A DNA stretch of 64,000 nucleotides from Eledone cirrhosa (GCA_964016885.1 OZ024747.1:59396001-59460000); one strand, 5' to 3'; shown: positions 47,218 to 61,009, counted from the first letter of the stretch. The notes: a model not told the origin generated them from the sequence alone. Numbers and translations: made by a program.

Positions 47218-49110
47218 AACAAAGATGGAGGAGAGAGAGAACAAAGATGAGAGAGAGAGGGTACAAAGATGAAAGAGAGAGAGAGAGAGGGTACAAAGAT
47301 GAAAGAGAGAGAGGGCACAAAGATGAAAGAGAGAGAGAGAGAGAGAGGGTACAAAGATGAGAGAGAGAGAGGGTACAAAGATGAAAGAGAGAGAGAGAGA
47401 GAGGGTACAAAGATGAAAGAGATAGATGGTACAAAGATGAGAGAGGGGGTCCAAAGATGAAAGAGAAAGAGAGTACTAAGATGAAAGAGAAAGAGAGTAC
47501 TAAGATGAAAGAGAAAGAGAGTACAAAGATGAAAGAGGGAGAGAGAGTACAAAGATGAAAGAGGGAGGGAGAGAGAGTACAAAGATGAAAGAGGGAGAGA
47601 GAGAGAGTACAAAGATGAAAGAGGGAGAGAGAGAGAGTACAAAGATGAAAGAGGGAGAGAGAGAGTACAAAGATGAAAGAGGGAGAGAGTACAAAGATGA
47701 AAGAGGGAGAGAGTATAAAGATGAAAGAGGGAGAGAGAGTACAAAGATGAAAGAGGGAGAGAGAGTACAACAATGAAAGAGAGAGAGAGGGTACAAAGAT
47801 GAAAGAGAGTACAAAGATGAAAGAGGGAGAGAGAGTACAAAGATGAAAGAGGGAGAGAGAGTACAAAGATGAAAGAGGGAGAGAGAGTACAAAGATGAAA
47901 GAGGGAGAGAGAGTACAAAGATGAAAGAGGGGGAGAGAGTACAAAGATGAAAGAGGGGGAGAGAGTACAACTATGAAAGAGGGGGAGAGAGTACAACTAT
48001 GAAAGAGGGGGAGAGAGTACAACTATGAAAGAGGGGGAGAGAGTACAACTATGAAAGAGGGAGAGAGAGTATAAAGATGAAGAGAGAGTACAAAGATGTA
48101 AGAGGAAGAGAGAGAGTACAAAGATGAAAGTGGAAGAGAGAGAGTACAAAGATGAAAGTGGAAGAGAGAGAGTACAAAGATGAAAGAGGAAGAGAGGGTA
48201 CAAAGATGAAAGAGGAAGAGAGGGTACAAAGATGTAAGAGGAAGAGAGGGTACAAAGATGTAAGAGGAAGAGAGGGTACAAAGATGTAAGAGGAAGAGAG
48301 AGAGAGAGAGTACAAAGATGAAAGAGGAAGAGAGAGAGAGAGTACAAAGATGAAAGAGGGAGAGAGAGTACAAAGATGAAAGAGGGAGAGAGAGTACAAA
48401 GATGAAAGAGGGAGAGAGAGTACAAAGATGAAAGAGGGAGAGATAGTACAAAGATGAAAGGAGAGAGAGAGAGTACAAAGATGAAAGGAGAGAGAGAGAG
48501 TACAAAGATGAAAGGAGAGAGAGAGTACAAAGATGAGAGGAGAGAGTACAAAGATGGAAGAGGGAAAGAGAGTACAAAGATGAAAGAGGGAGAGAGAGAG
48601 AGTACAACGATGAACGAGGGAGAGAGAGAGAGTACAACGATGAACGAGGATGAGAAAGAGTACAAAGATGAAAGAGGGTGAGAGAGAGTACAAAGATGAA
48701 AGAGGGTGAGAGAGAGTACAAAGATGAAAGAGGGTGAGAGAGAGTACAAAGATGAAAGAGGGTGAGAGAGAGTACAAAGATGAAAGAGGGTGAGAGAGAG
48801 TACAAAGATGAAAGAGGGTGAGAGAGAGTACAAAGATGAAAGAGGGTGAGAGAGAGTACAAAGATGAAAGAGGGTGAGAGAGAGTACAAAGATGAAAGAG
48901 GGTGAGAGAGAGTACAAAGATGAAAGAGGGTGAGAGAGAGTACAAAGATAAAGAGTGAGAGAGAGTACAAAGATGAAAGAGGGTGAGAGAGAGTACAAAG
49001 ATGAAAGAGGGTGAGAGAGAGTACAAAGATGAAAGAGGGTGAGAGAGAGTACAAAGATGAAAGAGGGAGAGAGAGTACAAAGATGAAAGAGGGAGAGAGA
49101 GAACGAAGAT
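47218..49110. repeat. Purine-rich minisatellite, unit GTACAAAGATGAAAGAGGG(AG)n (about 21-30 bp)
   Basis: Directly visible, with homogenised variant blocks (e.g. a GGGTGAG variant at about 48670-49050). Confidence 0.95.
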
Positions 49111-49329
49111 GAAGGAAAGAAAGAATGAATATGGGTGAGAGAAAGATGAAGATGGGTGAGAGAGAAAGAAAGAATGAAAGAGAAAAGGCATCGGCATGGG
49201 GGAAGAAAGCATTAGAGTGGAAGGAAAAGAGTGGGGTGAAGAGAGAATGAGGAAAATAGTGGAGTGAAGAAAGAATGAGAGAAAAAGGGGGAAAGGAAAA
49301 GGAGAATGAGACTAAAATGAGAGAGAGAG

Positions 49330-50645
49330 AGAATGAGGTTGGAATGACAGAGAGACTGAGGTTGGAATGATAAGAGAGACTGAGGTTGGAATGATAAGAG
49401 AGACTGAGGTTGGAATGATAAGAGAGAATGAGGCTGGAATGAAAGAGAGAATGAGGCTGGAATGAAAGAGAGAATTAGGCTGGAATGAAAGAGAGAATGA
49501 GGCTGGAATGAAAGAGAGAATGAGGCTGGAATGAAAGAGAGAATGAGGCTGGAATGAAAGAGAGAATGAGGCTGGAATGAAAGAGAGAATGAGGTTGGAA
49601 CGAAAGAGGCAATGAGGTTGGAACGAAAGAGGCAATGAGGTTGGAATGAAAGAGGCAATGAGGTTGGAATGAAAGAGGCAATGAGGTTGGAATGAAAGAG
49701 GCAATGAGGTTGGAACGAAAGAGGCAATGAGGTTGGAACCAAAGAGGCAATGAGGTTGGAACCAAAGAGAGAATGAGGTTGGAACCAAAGAGAGAATGAG
49801 GTTGGAACCAAAGAGAGAATGAGGTTGGAACCAAAGAGAGAATGAGGTTGGAACGAAAGAATGAGGTTGGAACGAAAGAGAATGAGGTTGGAACGAAAGA
49901 GAATGAGGTTGGAACGAAAGAGAATGAGGTTGGAACGAAAGAGAATGAGGTTGGAATGAAAGAGAATGACGTTGGAACGAGAAAGAATGAGGTTGGAACG
50001 AAAGAGGCAATGAGGTTGGAACGAAAGAGAGAATGAGGTTGGAATGAGAGAGAGAATGAGGTTGGAATGAAAGAGAGAATGAGGTTGGAATGAAAGAGAG
50101 AATGAGGTTGGAATGAAAGAGAGAATGAGGTTGGAATGAAAGAGAGAATGAGGTTGGAACGAAAGAGAGAATGAGGTTGGAATGAAAGAGAGAATGAGGT
50201 TGGAATGAAAGAGAGAATGGGGTTGGAACGAAAGAGAGAATGAGGTTGGAACGAAAGAGAATGAGGTTGGAATAAAAGAGAGAATGAGGTTGGAATAAAA
50301 GAGAGAATGAGGTTGGAACGAAAGAGAGAATGAGGTTGGAATGAAAGAGAGAATGAGGTTGGAATGAAAGAGAGAATGAGGTTGGAATGAAAGAGAGAAT
50401 GAAAGAGAATGAGGTTGGAATGAAAGAGAGAATGAGGTTGGAATGAAAGAGAGAATCAGGTTGGAATGAAAGAGAGAATGAGAGAGAATGAGGTTGGAAT
50501 GAGAGAGAGAATGAGGTTGGAATGAGAGAGAGAATGAGGTTGGAATAAAAGAGAGAATGAGGTTGGAATGAAAGAGAGAATGAGGTTGGAATGAAAGAGA
50601 GAATCAGGTTGGAATGAAAGAGAGAATGAGGTTGGAATGAAAGAG
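49330..50645. repeat. Purine-rich minisatellite, 21-23 bp unit GAATGAGGTTGGAATGAAAGAGA
   Basis: Directly visible, with variant blocks (GGCTGG, GGCAAT, GAACC, GAACG). Confidence 0.95.
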
Positions 50646-51456
50646 AGAGAGAGAGAGATGAAGCAGAGAGAGAGAGATGAAGCAGAAAGAATGGAGGCCA
50701 GCGGTAGATTGAAACAGAGACGCTTGAAGAGAATGACTGTGGAATGAGAAATAGAGGAGGAGGGAGAACACAAGACAAATGAGAATGAATTACTATAATG
50801 CATGAAAGAGAGAGAGAGAGAGATGGTGAGAGAATAAAACGAGACAAGGCAAGAGAGAGAGGACGAATGCGGCATGAAAAATAAAGGATGAGGGGGAATG
50901 CAATAGAAGATGAAAAAGGAATGACTAAAATGCAGAAGAGAGTGAAAGTGAAAGTGTGAGGTAGAGAGAAATGTGGAGTGTTGTTTTGCAGTGTCTTCTA
51001 CACAGTAAAACCATTTAGCTCAATGCTAACAGATTGATGGCAGAAAATCAAGTTACTGCATCTGGGCAATGATAAAGTCTGGCTAAGTTAAAGGAATTGG
51101 TCAAACAGCAGCCTGAGGCTAAACAGTCAGTCAGTCAGGCAGCCTAGCCGCCAGACAGACAGCCAGCCAGCCAGTCAGTCGGTTGGTCAGCTAAGCATAG
51201 ACACCTGTCAACAATTAGACATTACTTAGATATAAAACAGCCTCATTTGCTAATGATGACTAAATCATATGAGTGAGCTTGTTACTAGGAGCTGCTGGGG
51301 TACATGAAGGGAGGGGATTAACTAATAAGTACAATAATGTAACCACTCCTAAGACACGACACCGCCACAATCAATCAGAGCAGAACTAGAATATAATTTC
51401 AATACGAGGGGAAACAGGAAAAAAATGTTTTCAGAATATAGACAGAAAATATTATA

Positions 51457-51942
51457 TATATATATCATATATATCTATCTATCTATATATATCATATATA
51501 TCTATCTATATATATCATATATATCTATCTATATATATCATATATATCTATCTATATATATCATATATATCATATATCTATCTATATATATCATATATCT
51601 ATCTATATATATCATATATCTATCTATATATATCATATATCTATCTATATATATCATATATCTATCTATATATATCATATATCTATCTATATATATCATA
51701 TATCTATCTATATATATCATATATCTATCTATATATATCATATCTATCTATATATATCATATCTATCTATCTATATATATCATATATCTATCTATATATA
51801 TCATATATCTATCTATATATATCATATATCTATCTATATATATCATATATATCTATATATATCATATATATCTATATCTATCTATATATATCATATATCT
51901 ATCTATATATATCATATATCTATCTATATATATATATATATA
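51457..51942. repeat. AT-rich minisatellite, about 21-bp unit TATCATATATCTATCTATATA
   Basis: Directly visible. Confidence 0.95.
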
Positions 51943-52214
51943 GCGAGAGAAATAATAGTGACAGGATGGGAGAGGGATCACCTTCTTTAGCAATGTTCTG
52001 CTAAAGAAAAATGAATTGCACTTGAATTTACTAACTGGGAAGCTTCTAAGAAAGGGGGACCCCTCCCCTACAAATAAATAAATAGAAATATTTGAAAAGG
52101 CAATATCGGTAAAGATAATTCACTTGAACTATCTGTATGTAGGAGAGTGAGTATTGTTCAAGCATGGCTTATGCTGTTTATGATGAGAAAGAAAAAAAAG
52201 ATGAATGAGAATTA

Positions 52215-52457
<243 letters not shown>

Positions 52458-53349
52458 CTAAAGAAAGATTTTTTAAATGAAAGAAATTAAATGAATAAAT
52501 AAGTAAGAAATAGAATATAGAAAAAAAGATTTTAAAAAAATACACACACAAACACAAACACAAGAAAAAAAAATTGAGAAAAATGCGATAGCGTTTTAGT
52601 GAAATAAGGAAAAAGAGAGAATCTGAAAGACAGATACGCACACACACACGAGTGAAAGAAGACATTTTGAGGAATCTTGGCTGGAAACTCACTCCTCAAC
52701 CCCAGACATAGTATGAATGCAAAAACGAGAAATCCGAAAATTTAATGAGATATTTTCGTGGGGTTAAAAAAAAAAACAAAAACAAAAAAAAACAACAACA
52801 AAACAATTAAACTGGTAAAGAATTATTTTAGAGTGTTGTAATTATGAATAGCTGAATATTACGATAGCTGAGTTGTGGAAAGAGAAAGATAGATAGGTTT
52901 TATATTTAACAGCGTAGAGAGAACAGAGCTCCGAAAATACCAAAACCACGCACGGAATGGAATGCTTTACTTTATGTGCACTGTGCAGGTGTGCGCGCGT
53001 GTGTGTTGAATAAAAGCGAAAAAGGCAATGTGAGAGAAAAAGAGAGAGTGTGTGTGAGACAGAGGGGGAAACAGAGAATCTTGTCTTTGTTCGGTGTTAA
53101 GTCCCCACGTCTGTTCAAACAGATCAACATATTCACCTGAATAAAACAGAGAGAAAAGAAGGGGAACGAACAGGAAAAAAAGCCCTACACACAATAACAG
53201 GGTTATGTGTGATAGATAATAAGTAGAATGGCAAGGTAACCCTTACTAATAGAGCACCAACCTGCATTTGGTAAAATTTATCCCGTGGTGAATCTACGGC
53301 TGCAATTTTTAAGGCAACGAACGGCGACTAAGTACAGTTCTCCCCAGCA

Positions 53350-53902
53350 CTAACAACAGCAGTAGTAGTGGTAGTAGTAGTAGTAGTAGTATTAGTAGCA
53401 GCAGCAGCAGCAGCAACAGTAGTAGTTGTAGTAAGAGCAGCAGCAGTAGTAGAATCAGCAGCAGTAGTAGTAGTAGAAGTAAGAGGTCGACGGTGACGAA
53501 GAAGAAGAAGACGACTGTAGGAATCAATAATTGAATGAATGACAACAGTAGCAATGACCTCAATAAATAGCTCACCAGAATGCATCGAAGGGAGGAAAAC
53601 TGCTCTAAAGAAACTCAGCGTGAGCCAATGAGAACAACGTGCATCATTTATCATGCACTACCCAATACTCTCTCTTTATCTCTCTATCACTCCCTCCACC
53701 CTTACACTAGCCGACCGGCAGCCGCCACTCTCCTATCATCGATATTCCAGAGACTATTACTACTACTATCAATTATAATACAACTACTACTACTACTACT
53801 ACTACTACCTGTAGTAGCAGCAGCAGTAATCGAAGTAACAGTAGTAGCAGCAGCAAGGAGCGGCTGTTATCTCTGCAACTACTGCTACTGCTGCTGCTGC
53901 CG
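53350..53902. repeat. Clusters of AGT/AGC and complementary ACT/GCT trinucleotide repeats
   Basis: (AGT/AGC)n at 53350-53480 and 53811-53855; (ACT)n at 53752-53808; (CTG)n at 53877-53900. Confidence 0.85.
53576..53640 (-). promoter_or_regulatory. Candidate elav upstream (5') exon end / promoter region
   Basis: Strong minus-strand donor CTG|GTGAGC at 53575 and a CCAAT motif near 53625. CpG density is locally higher over about 52900-54850. The first coding exon starts with an acceptor and needs an upstream donor. Confidence 0.3.
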
Positions 53903-54929
53903 CTACGGTTAATATTATACAACACGAGCTTTCTGGCCACTGAAGAATTCTTACGGTACTGATGCCGCTGCTACACACACAGAATGATAAAGGCCACAGT
54001 GGAGGAGATGCAACAAAGAATTTGATATGTGTGAGTGTGTGATTGTAGGTGTGTATGCGGATAAGATGTTACTAACTGAGACTAGTAAGACTATTATGCA
54101 ACTGAGTAGTCTATACTTTAAGAAAAGTACTGTGTTGATATTATTATAAAATATATAGACGCTACGGCCAAGCTTACACCGTTTCGATCGCCATCAAGCT
54201 TGTCTGTATGACCTATAATAATTATATATATATATTATACACACACTACTGTAGCTACTAATTCTACCCACACACCACATCTTTTATTAAGTGAAGAGCA
54301 CTTCTACTACACCAACGACTGTTAGTATCGCCCAACTAACAAAATATATGCAGACATGCATGGCAGACCTCAGAAGAAAATGAACAGGCAGCGAGCGAGT
54401 GCTGGCTTTCCTCTCCTAATGAGATATTGGGAGGATTAAACTCGAAACAAAGCAGCAGTAGCAGCCGCTTATCAGACAGGTACCTAAACATTCTAGCATT
54501 TCCTTACTTAATAGTAATGCCATGTCAAGGGCCCTTAACTGCTGGAGTCGAAGGGGCGCCGTAGTAACATACGGTGTGCCTTTCTCTTTCTTTTTTAACC
54601 TAGCGGAGCTCATCATTCTAGGTCTGAACACAGAAAGAGAGAGGCAGCAGAATAGTCGATCCCAAATACTATACCGACTCCGAAGCAGTGCACCGGTACG
54701 AATACCGCAACGCGTTCTATCTGACGTTCTAATAACTCAATCAATTCTCCGCCTTCACTTAATATTTTTTTTATTAACAACATACACACACGCACTTAAA
54801 AAAGAAGAAGAAAAAACAAAAAAGATCATAGCTCACACTTATGTAGGTTTAACTGGGCTGCTTCGAGATTACATCTTATAAGTTTCTTGGATGCTTTTAA
54901 TAAGAGCCCAAGCCTTATGAAAAGCAACG

Positions 54930-55037
54930 TAAAATGAAACAACTTCCTCGAGAATACAACACGCTGCTCGGTCTAGGTATTGAACCCACGACCTTCAGAT
55001 CGCGAGTCCAACACTAACAACCAGATCACGTGCCTTC
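54930..55037 (-). mobile_element. SINE tRNA-like head fragment
   Basis: Minus strand GAAGGCACGTGATCTGGTTGTTAGTGTTGGACTCGCGATCTGAAGGTCGTGGGTTCAATACC. Confidence 0.7.
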
Positions 55038-55800
55038 ACTTAGAATTAACCCTCTATGAAATGACACTTGACAAGAATTACACAACGAGACACCAAGCAA
55101 ACTAGAGTCAGTCGATTTCGTTATGCTGGTTCTTATTTTGATATTATTATGTAAATAACAAAGGAATCAACAGGATGTGTGAAATATTTTTTTTTTCTTT
55201 AAGAAGCTACAAACTAACTAAAGAAGATAAAGAGATTAGGTGCTTAATAATTGACGGTGAGACTTAAGAAAACTGTCCCAGTACAATGAAGTTATCTTTA
55301 TTAAAATGCCAGGCCAAAATGGAATTATCTGTCTATTTATAATACTCCCCACCAGAGAGAGAGAGAAAGAGAGAGAGAGAGATCAACTTCAAACAATAAT
55401 GCTAGCATATAATTAGATAAATTAGATTACAAACAGTGCTGGGCCTGTAACATACTGTATAGGGAGCCTAAATTTAATTTTTAAAAAGTGACGGTGCCCC
55501 AGCATAGACTTAGCCCCTCGGCTGAAACACAAAATAGAAAGAGAAAGAAAAAATAATAAAGGCACTAGAGTACTGCAGTATAAAGACAGAACGTGGCCCG
55601 TAGAAAATGATACTAGTTTAAACCGGCACTGGTTGCAAGATGTTCTATTGAAGAAAGGGGGTGGGCGAGGCTGCCAGGTTATGAAATTAAAACATGACAA
55701 AAAGACGATCGCGATGACGATGATGATGATGTTGATGAAACTGACAGGGAAAAAATAAAGTTTGAGTAAAGAAAATGTGAGAAAAGAGCAAGGGTCACGT

Positions 55801-56370
55801 TACGTGGTTAGGGTGAGAATGTATGTAACGTGGTTAGGGTGAGAATATATGTAACGTGGTTAGGGTGAGAATATATGTAACGTGGTTAGGGTGAGACTGT
55901 GTAACGTGGTTAGGGTGAGAATGTATGTAACGTGGTTAGGGTGAGAATATATGTAACGTGGTTAGGGTGAGACTGTGTAACGTGGTTAGGGTGAGAATGT
56001 ATGTAACGTGGTTAGGGTGAGAATGTATGTAACGTGGTTAGGGCGAGAATATATGTAACGTGGTTAGGGTGAGAATGTATGTAACGTGGTTAGGGTGAGA
56101 CTGTGTAACGTGGTTAGGGTGAGAATGTATGTAACGTGGTTAGGGTGAGAATGTATGTAACGTGGTTAGGGTGAGAATGTATGTAACGTGGTTAGGATGA
56201 GACTGTGTAACGTGGTTAGGATGAGACTGTGTAACGTGGTTAGGGTGAGTATGTATGTAACGTGGTTAGGGTGAGAATATATGTAACGTGGTTAGGGTGA
56301 GAATATATGTAACGTGGTTAGGGTGAGAATATATGTAACGTGGTTAGGATGAGACTGTGTAACGTGGTTC
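55801..56370. repeat. Minisatellite of 24/26-bp units GTAACGTGGTTAGGGTGAGA(ATGTAT/CTGT), about 22 copies
   Basis: Directly visible; most units carry one TTAGGG. Confidence 0.95.
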
Positions 56371-56914
56371 TAAGACTGTATGTAATGTATAATAATTGTC
56401 TACTTTTGGCACAAGGCCAGCAATTACTCCAGTGCATTACTAGTGCTTAATTTTATCGACCCCATAATGTGGTATTGTATGTACTATAGTTATAAGATTT
56501 ATGTACAGTGTATAATGTGCTTATGGTGGGACAGTATGTAATGTGTAATAATTGTTTCTATTTTAGGCACAAGGCCAGCAATTATCAGTACATTACTGGT
56601 ACTTTATTTTATCGACCCCGTAAGGATGAAAGGTAAAGTTGTGTAATAATGTGGTGGTGTTTGTACTGTGGGACTGTAATAACGTGGTATTGTATATACT
56701 GTGGTTACTGTGTGATTGGTATGTACTGTCGTTACTGTGTGATTGGTATGTACTGTATATGTAATAATGTGGAGATTGTAAGGTGATTATGAGATCGTAT
56801 GTAGTAATGTCAAACGAGCCTATCTCCGAAGATCCCCACCTCCATATAACAATGAACCATGGAAATCGAAAGATAGTCAACTGTAGAGATTTCAGAAGTA
56901 GGAGTAGTGTTGGG

Positions 56915-57715
56915 TGGTGAGGGTTGGTTAGAGGGCCACAGAGGGTTGTTTTGGGTAAGATTGGATAGTTAGAGGCCGAAGAGGGTTGTTTTGGGTAAGA
57001 TTGGTTGGTTAGAGGCCGAAGAGGGTTGTTTTGGGAGGGATTGGTTAGTTAGGGGGCTCAGAGGGTTGTTTTGTGTGGGATTGGTTAGTTAGAGGCCGAA
57101 GAGGGTTGTTTTGGGTAAGATTGGTTAGTTAGAGGCCGAAGAGGGTTGTTTTGGGAGGGATTGGTTAGTTAGAGGGCCACAGGATTGTTTTGGGAGGGAT
57201 TGGTTAGTTAGAGGGCCACAGGATTGTTTTGGGTGGGATTGGTTAGTTAGGGGGCTCAGAGGGTTGTTTTGTGTGGGATTGGTTAGTTAGAGACCGAAGA
57301 GGGTTGTTTTGTGTGGGACTGGTTAGTTAGGGGTCTCAGAGGGTTGTTTTGTGTGGGATGGGTTAGTTAGAGGACCGAATAGAGTTGTTTGGGGTGGGAT
57401 GGGTTAGTTAGAGGACCGAAGAGGGTTGTTTTGGGTGGGATTGGTTAGTTAGAGGACCACATGATTGTTTTGGGTGGGATTGGTTAGTTAGGGGGCTCAG
57501 AGGGTTGTTTTAGGTGGGATGGGTTAGTTAGAGGACAGAAGAGGGTTGTTTTGTGTGGGATTGGTTAGTTAGAGGACCGAAGAGGGTTGTTTTGTGTGGG
57601 ATTGGTTAGTTAGAGGACCGAAGAGGGTTGTTTTGTGTGGGATGGGTTAGTTAGAGGACCGAAGAGAGTTGTTTGGGGTGGGATGGGTTAGTTAGTGGGC
57701 CGAAGAGGGTTGGTT
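56915..57715. repeat. G/T-rich minisatellite, about 40-bp unit GAGGGTTGTTTTGGGTGGGATTGGTTAGTTAGAGGCCGAA
   Basis: Directly visible, about 20 copies. Confidence 0.95.
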
Positions 57716-58358
57716 GTTGTTTGTTACCACCTGTAATCCGATCCAGTCGTTTGACGAGATGAAATTATCATCATTATTATTACTGCTGCATCAGTGAAGA
57801 AGTAATAAAGCTGCATTTCTAAACGTTGATTAATTAAACCATTTCATGAAAATCACTTCATTGGCGAAATGTAGAAACAAAAGTGTTAAATAAAAGAAAA
57901 CAAAACAAATATTAAAATAAGAAAAAATGTTTAAAATATTCTAGATAACTAAAAAAAAAGCAATAAATTATAAAATAAATAAACCTACCTACCTAGTTCG
58001 GCTGTGTATTTGTTGGTTGTAACAAGAAGAGACCGGTCTCAGATTTAAATGCAGTAGCAATAATTGTGGCCGACACCAAAAATATGAATAGTGCCCAGCC
58101 GTGTGAGTGAGTCAATAGCTCTAGCCAAGTTATAGACACTAGTTAATTCTAAAAGTGAAAAAAAGAAGAAAAAAAAACAAAAAATAGGAAAAAATAGAAA
58201 ATATAAATGTATAATATTTTAAATTAAATTAAAAATAAAAAAAACAAGAGACAGATCACAGATCTATAGCAGCAGCAGCAGTATTGGTGGTGGAGGTTGC
58301 AAACGGTAAATGCAGAGGGACATGGTTTTAAAACGGTCACAGGTTGTAAGCAAACAAG

Positions 58359-58408
<50 letters not shown>

Positions 58409-58469
58409 GATGATATCTTTTGAATAAAACAGTCCTAATCCTGTAGAACCCATTTCTATATTAAGCACG

Positions 58470-58513
<44 letters not shown>

Positions 58514-58615
58514 TAATATATAAGGCAGCTCTACCTACTGGTTATACATCTTGGCCAAAGCTGGCAGCACAAGCAGGCAATTTACTGAAAAACTGGATAT
58601 ACAAATACACACACA

Positions 58616-58664
<49 letters not shown>

Positions 58665-58670
58665 TATATA

Positions 58671-58747
58671 CAGGGTGTCCCAAAAATGTATACAAATATT
58701 TATGAGAATGTTGTTGAAGTATGTATACATTTTTGTGGGACACCCTG
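58671..58747. mobile_element. Tc1/mariner-type MITE (77 bp)
   Basis: TA|CAGGGTGTCCCA...TGGGACACCCTG|TA; the TIRs extend through AAAATGTATACA. Confidence 0.85.
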
Positions 58748-60141
58748 TACATGCCTATACGGCATTACACGCATATACAATATCCTATTTATACGAAATC
58801 GGTTTAATTATTTTCAATAAACAGAAATTAATTAGGCGTGGTGTCGGGGAAAGATTCATGAAAATGGACGAAGAAGCATCTTTCTTCAAATAAACGAAAA
58901 AAAAAAAAAAAAAAAAAAATGAATGAATGAATGAAGTGGACTGTGTTAGTGACCAAAGAAGAAGAACAAAAAACCAAGTGTTCAAATGACTGACCACTGT
59001 AAAAAAGCGCGTGGTTCAGAAAATGTTTCAGCATGTGAGCAGGTTATCCAAGCGACAGACAACCTGATGAATCAGTTAGTTAAGAAATGGACCCATGATC
59101 AAACTGAATATATGCAGCACTAGGTTTTCAGGTACGTCAACACCTTTCTTGTAACAGGATTAAATAAATTTAAAAAATGATAAATACAATTTTACTTTTT
59201 TTTTTTTTTTTTTTTTTTTTAAATTGACCGACTCCTAAGCTCTGGCCGAGTCAGCCTCGCGAATAATAGCAGCTTAAATATTTCGGTTATATATCAATCG
59301 ATCACGTTCCCGCAACTGGTGTGAGCCAGTTTTGGAGGTATCACTCTAGGCGCTTTCGCAGTCAGCCGCCGTTATATATACCTTTTCTACGGAAATACAT
59401 AACATACACACACACACTTGTCCCGTCAAATACAATGCCATTTTTATTATCGCCATTGATTACCATTAAACAGAAAATAACCAAAGATATCGACCAACAT
59501 CCATCTGACAATACAAGAATCGAGAGTGGAAACATGAACTGAAATGTTTATGTGATTTCTAATTTAAGAACAAGTCCAGTAAATTTAGGCGGCGGGAGAT
59601 GGTGGCGAGTGGAATAAATCGATTATAACAACCACAGTATTTGACTGGTACTTAATTTAACGACCCCACAGAAGAATGAAAGACGAAATTGACATCGGCG
59701 AGATTTGAACGTAAATAATAATAACCAAATGCTGCAAAGCTTTTTTAGTCCGACACACGATTCTGCTAATCGATTCTGCCAATCCACCATTGAATAATTT
59801 TCTGTTCAAGTACGGTAGGAGATCACACTTAAAGTAACACCCTCCACACTTGATGCCTTGAGTATCGAATTTTATTTCAAATATCAATAGAAGTGACTTC
59901 TACAGGACCAGTAGTTTCAGCCTGTCAGGAAATCTCCAGGAAAGCCTCTCCTGGGGATTTCACCATAAAATGAAACAGCATCAATCCTGTAGAGGTCAGT
60001 TTTGTTTGAAATATTTATATATAAATATTATATTATAGAGTAAAATGCTAGAAGGCCGGACTGCGTAACGTCGAGTGCTTTCCTACTATTACATCATTTC
60101 AGAATGACCAATTCGACCCAGTGGTGAACCAGCAAATTTAT

Positions 60142-60232
60142 GGGTGTCCCAAAAAACACTTCAACAGCATTCTAATAAATATTGATTGTACAAATAATCA
60201 AAGTGTGTATGCATTTTTGGGGAGACACCCTG
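60142..60232. mobile_element. Tc1/mariner-type MITE, second copy
   Basis: GGGTGTCCCAAAA...TTTTTGGGGAGACACCCTG|TA; internal CTTCAACAGCATTCTAATAAATAT matches the reverse complement of the 58671 copy. Confidence 0.7.
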
Positions 60233-60891
60233 TATATATTGCGGTGCCCCGGCATGGCTTCAACACGTTTATATATATATTTTTTTTTCTTCTCATTTTT
60301 TTTTCTTCTCATGTTTTATATATATATATATAATTGTTTTTCACGTCGCAAACATGACATTTTGAATTAAAAGACACCATGCAGAAGAACCACAGTAAAA
60401 ACAAATGAACATTAATAGAGCTGATGTCTATTAAAACATTTCTAGGTTTGGTAGGGTTGGATAGAAGGGGAGGGAGGAACTTATAGCGAAAATATAAACT
60501 ATTAAACAGAAGAGAGAAAAAACTGGTTCGGACAACAAATAATGCGCAACTTACTAAAATAGGTGAGAAGGAAGAGGAGATGTTTAGAAATCAGTTTCCT
60601 ATCTGATCGACAATTAAGAATGCATAACCATGGCAACAGCCATCACAGGAGGTTCCCAACAAAGAGAGAGGGTGTGTGTGAGTGTGTGTGATTTAAATGC
60701 AAACACAAACACACACACATAATATTATACAATGTTCTGATCAAGTGACCCCTGTAATAAGTGAAGAAAAACTCGATATTTATAATACAGTAAATAAGTT
60801 CATTTATTCATTTTCGTACAACATATTTCTCTGAAGACGTTTGCGAACATTGGCTTTGCTGTAAGAAAATTAATAAACAAATAAACAAACA

Positions 60892-61009
60892 CGGCTCTGT
60901 GGTTAAGGAGTTCGCTTCCCAACTTGAGCAAGTATCTTCTACTATAGACTCGGCTTTTCTAATGCCTTGTGAGCGGAATTTGATAGACGGAAACTACAGC
61001 AGTCCGGCC

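Noticed and set aside
46870-50875. Overlapping 150-511 aa S/L/F-rich ORFs
   Set aside because: Stop-free minisatellite open in several frames at once; intronic; no domain features.
53309-54881. Poly-L/T/A ORFs and the 119-aa ORF at 54522
   Set aside because: Trinucleotide-repeat translations or no recognisable homology or splice context.
54930-55037. tRNA gene
   Set aside because: A/B-box-like head continues into SINE body sequence and recurs degenerate across the window; no complete cloverleaf.
55801-57715. CRISPR-like regular arrays
   Set aside because: Head-to-tail tandem units without unique spacers, in a eukaryotic context with no cas genes.
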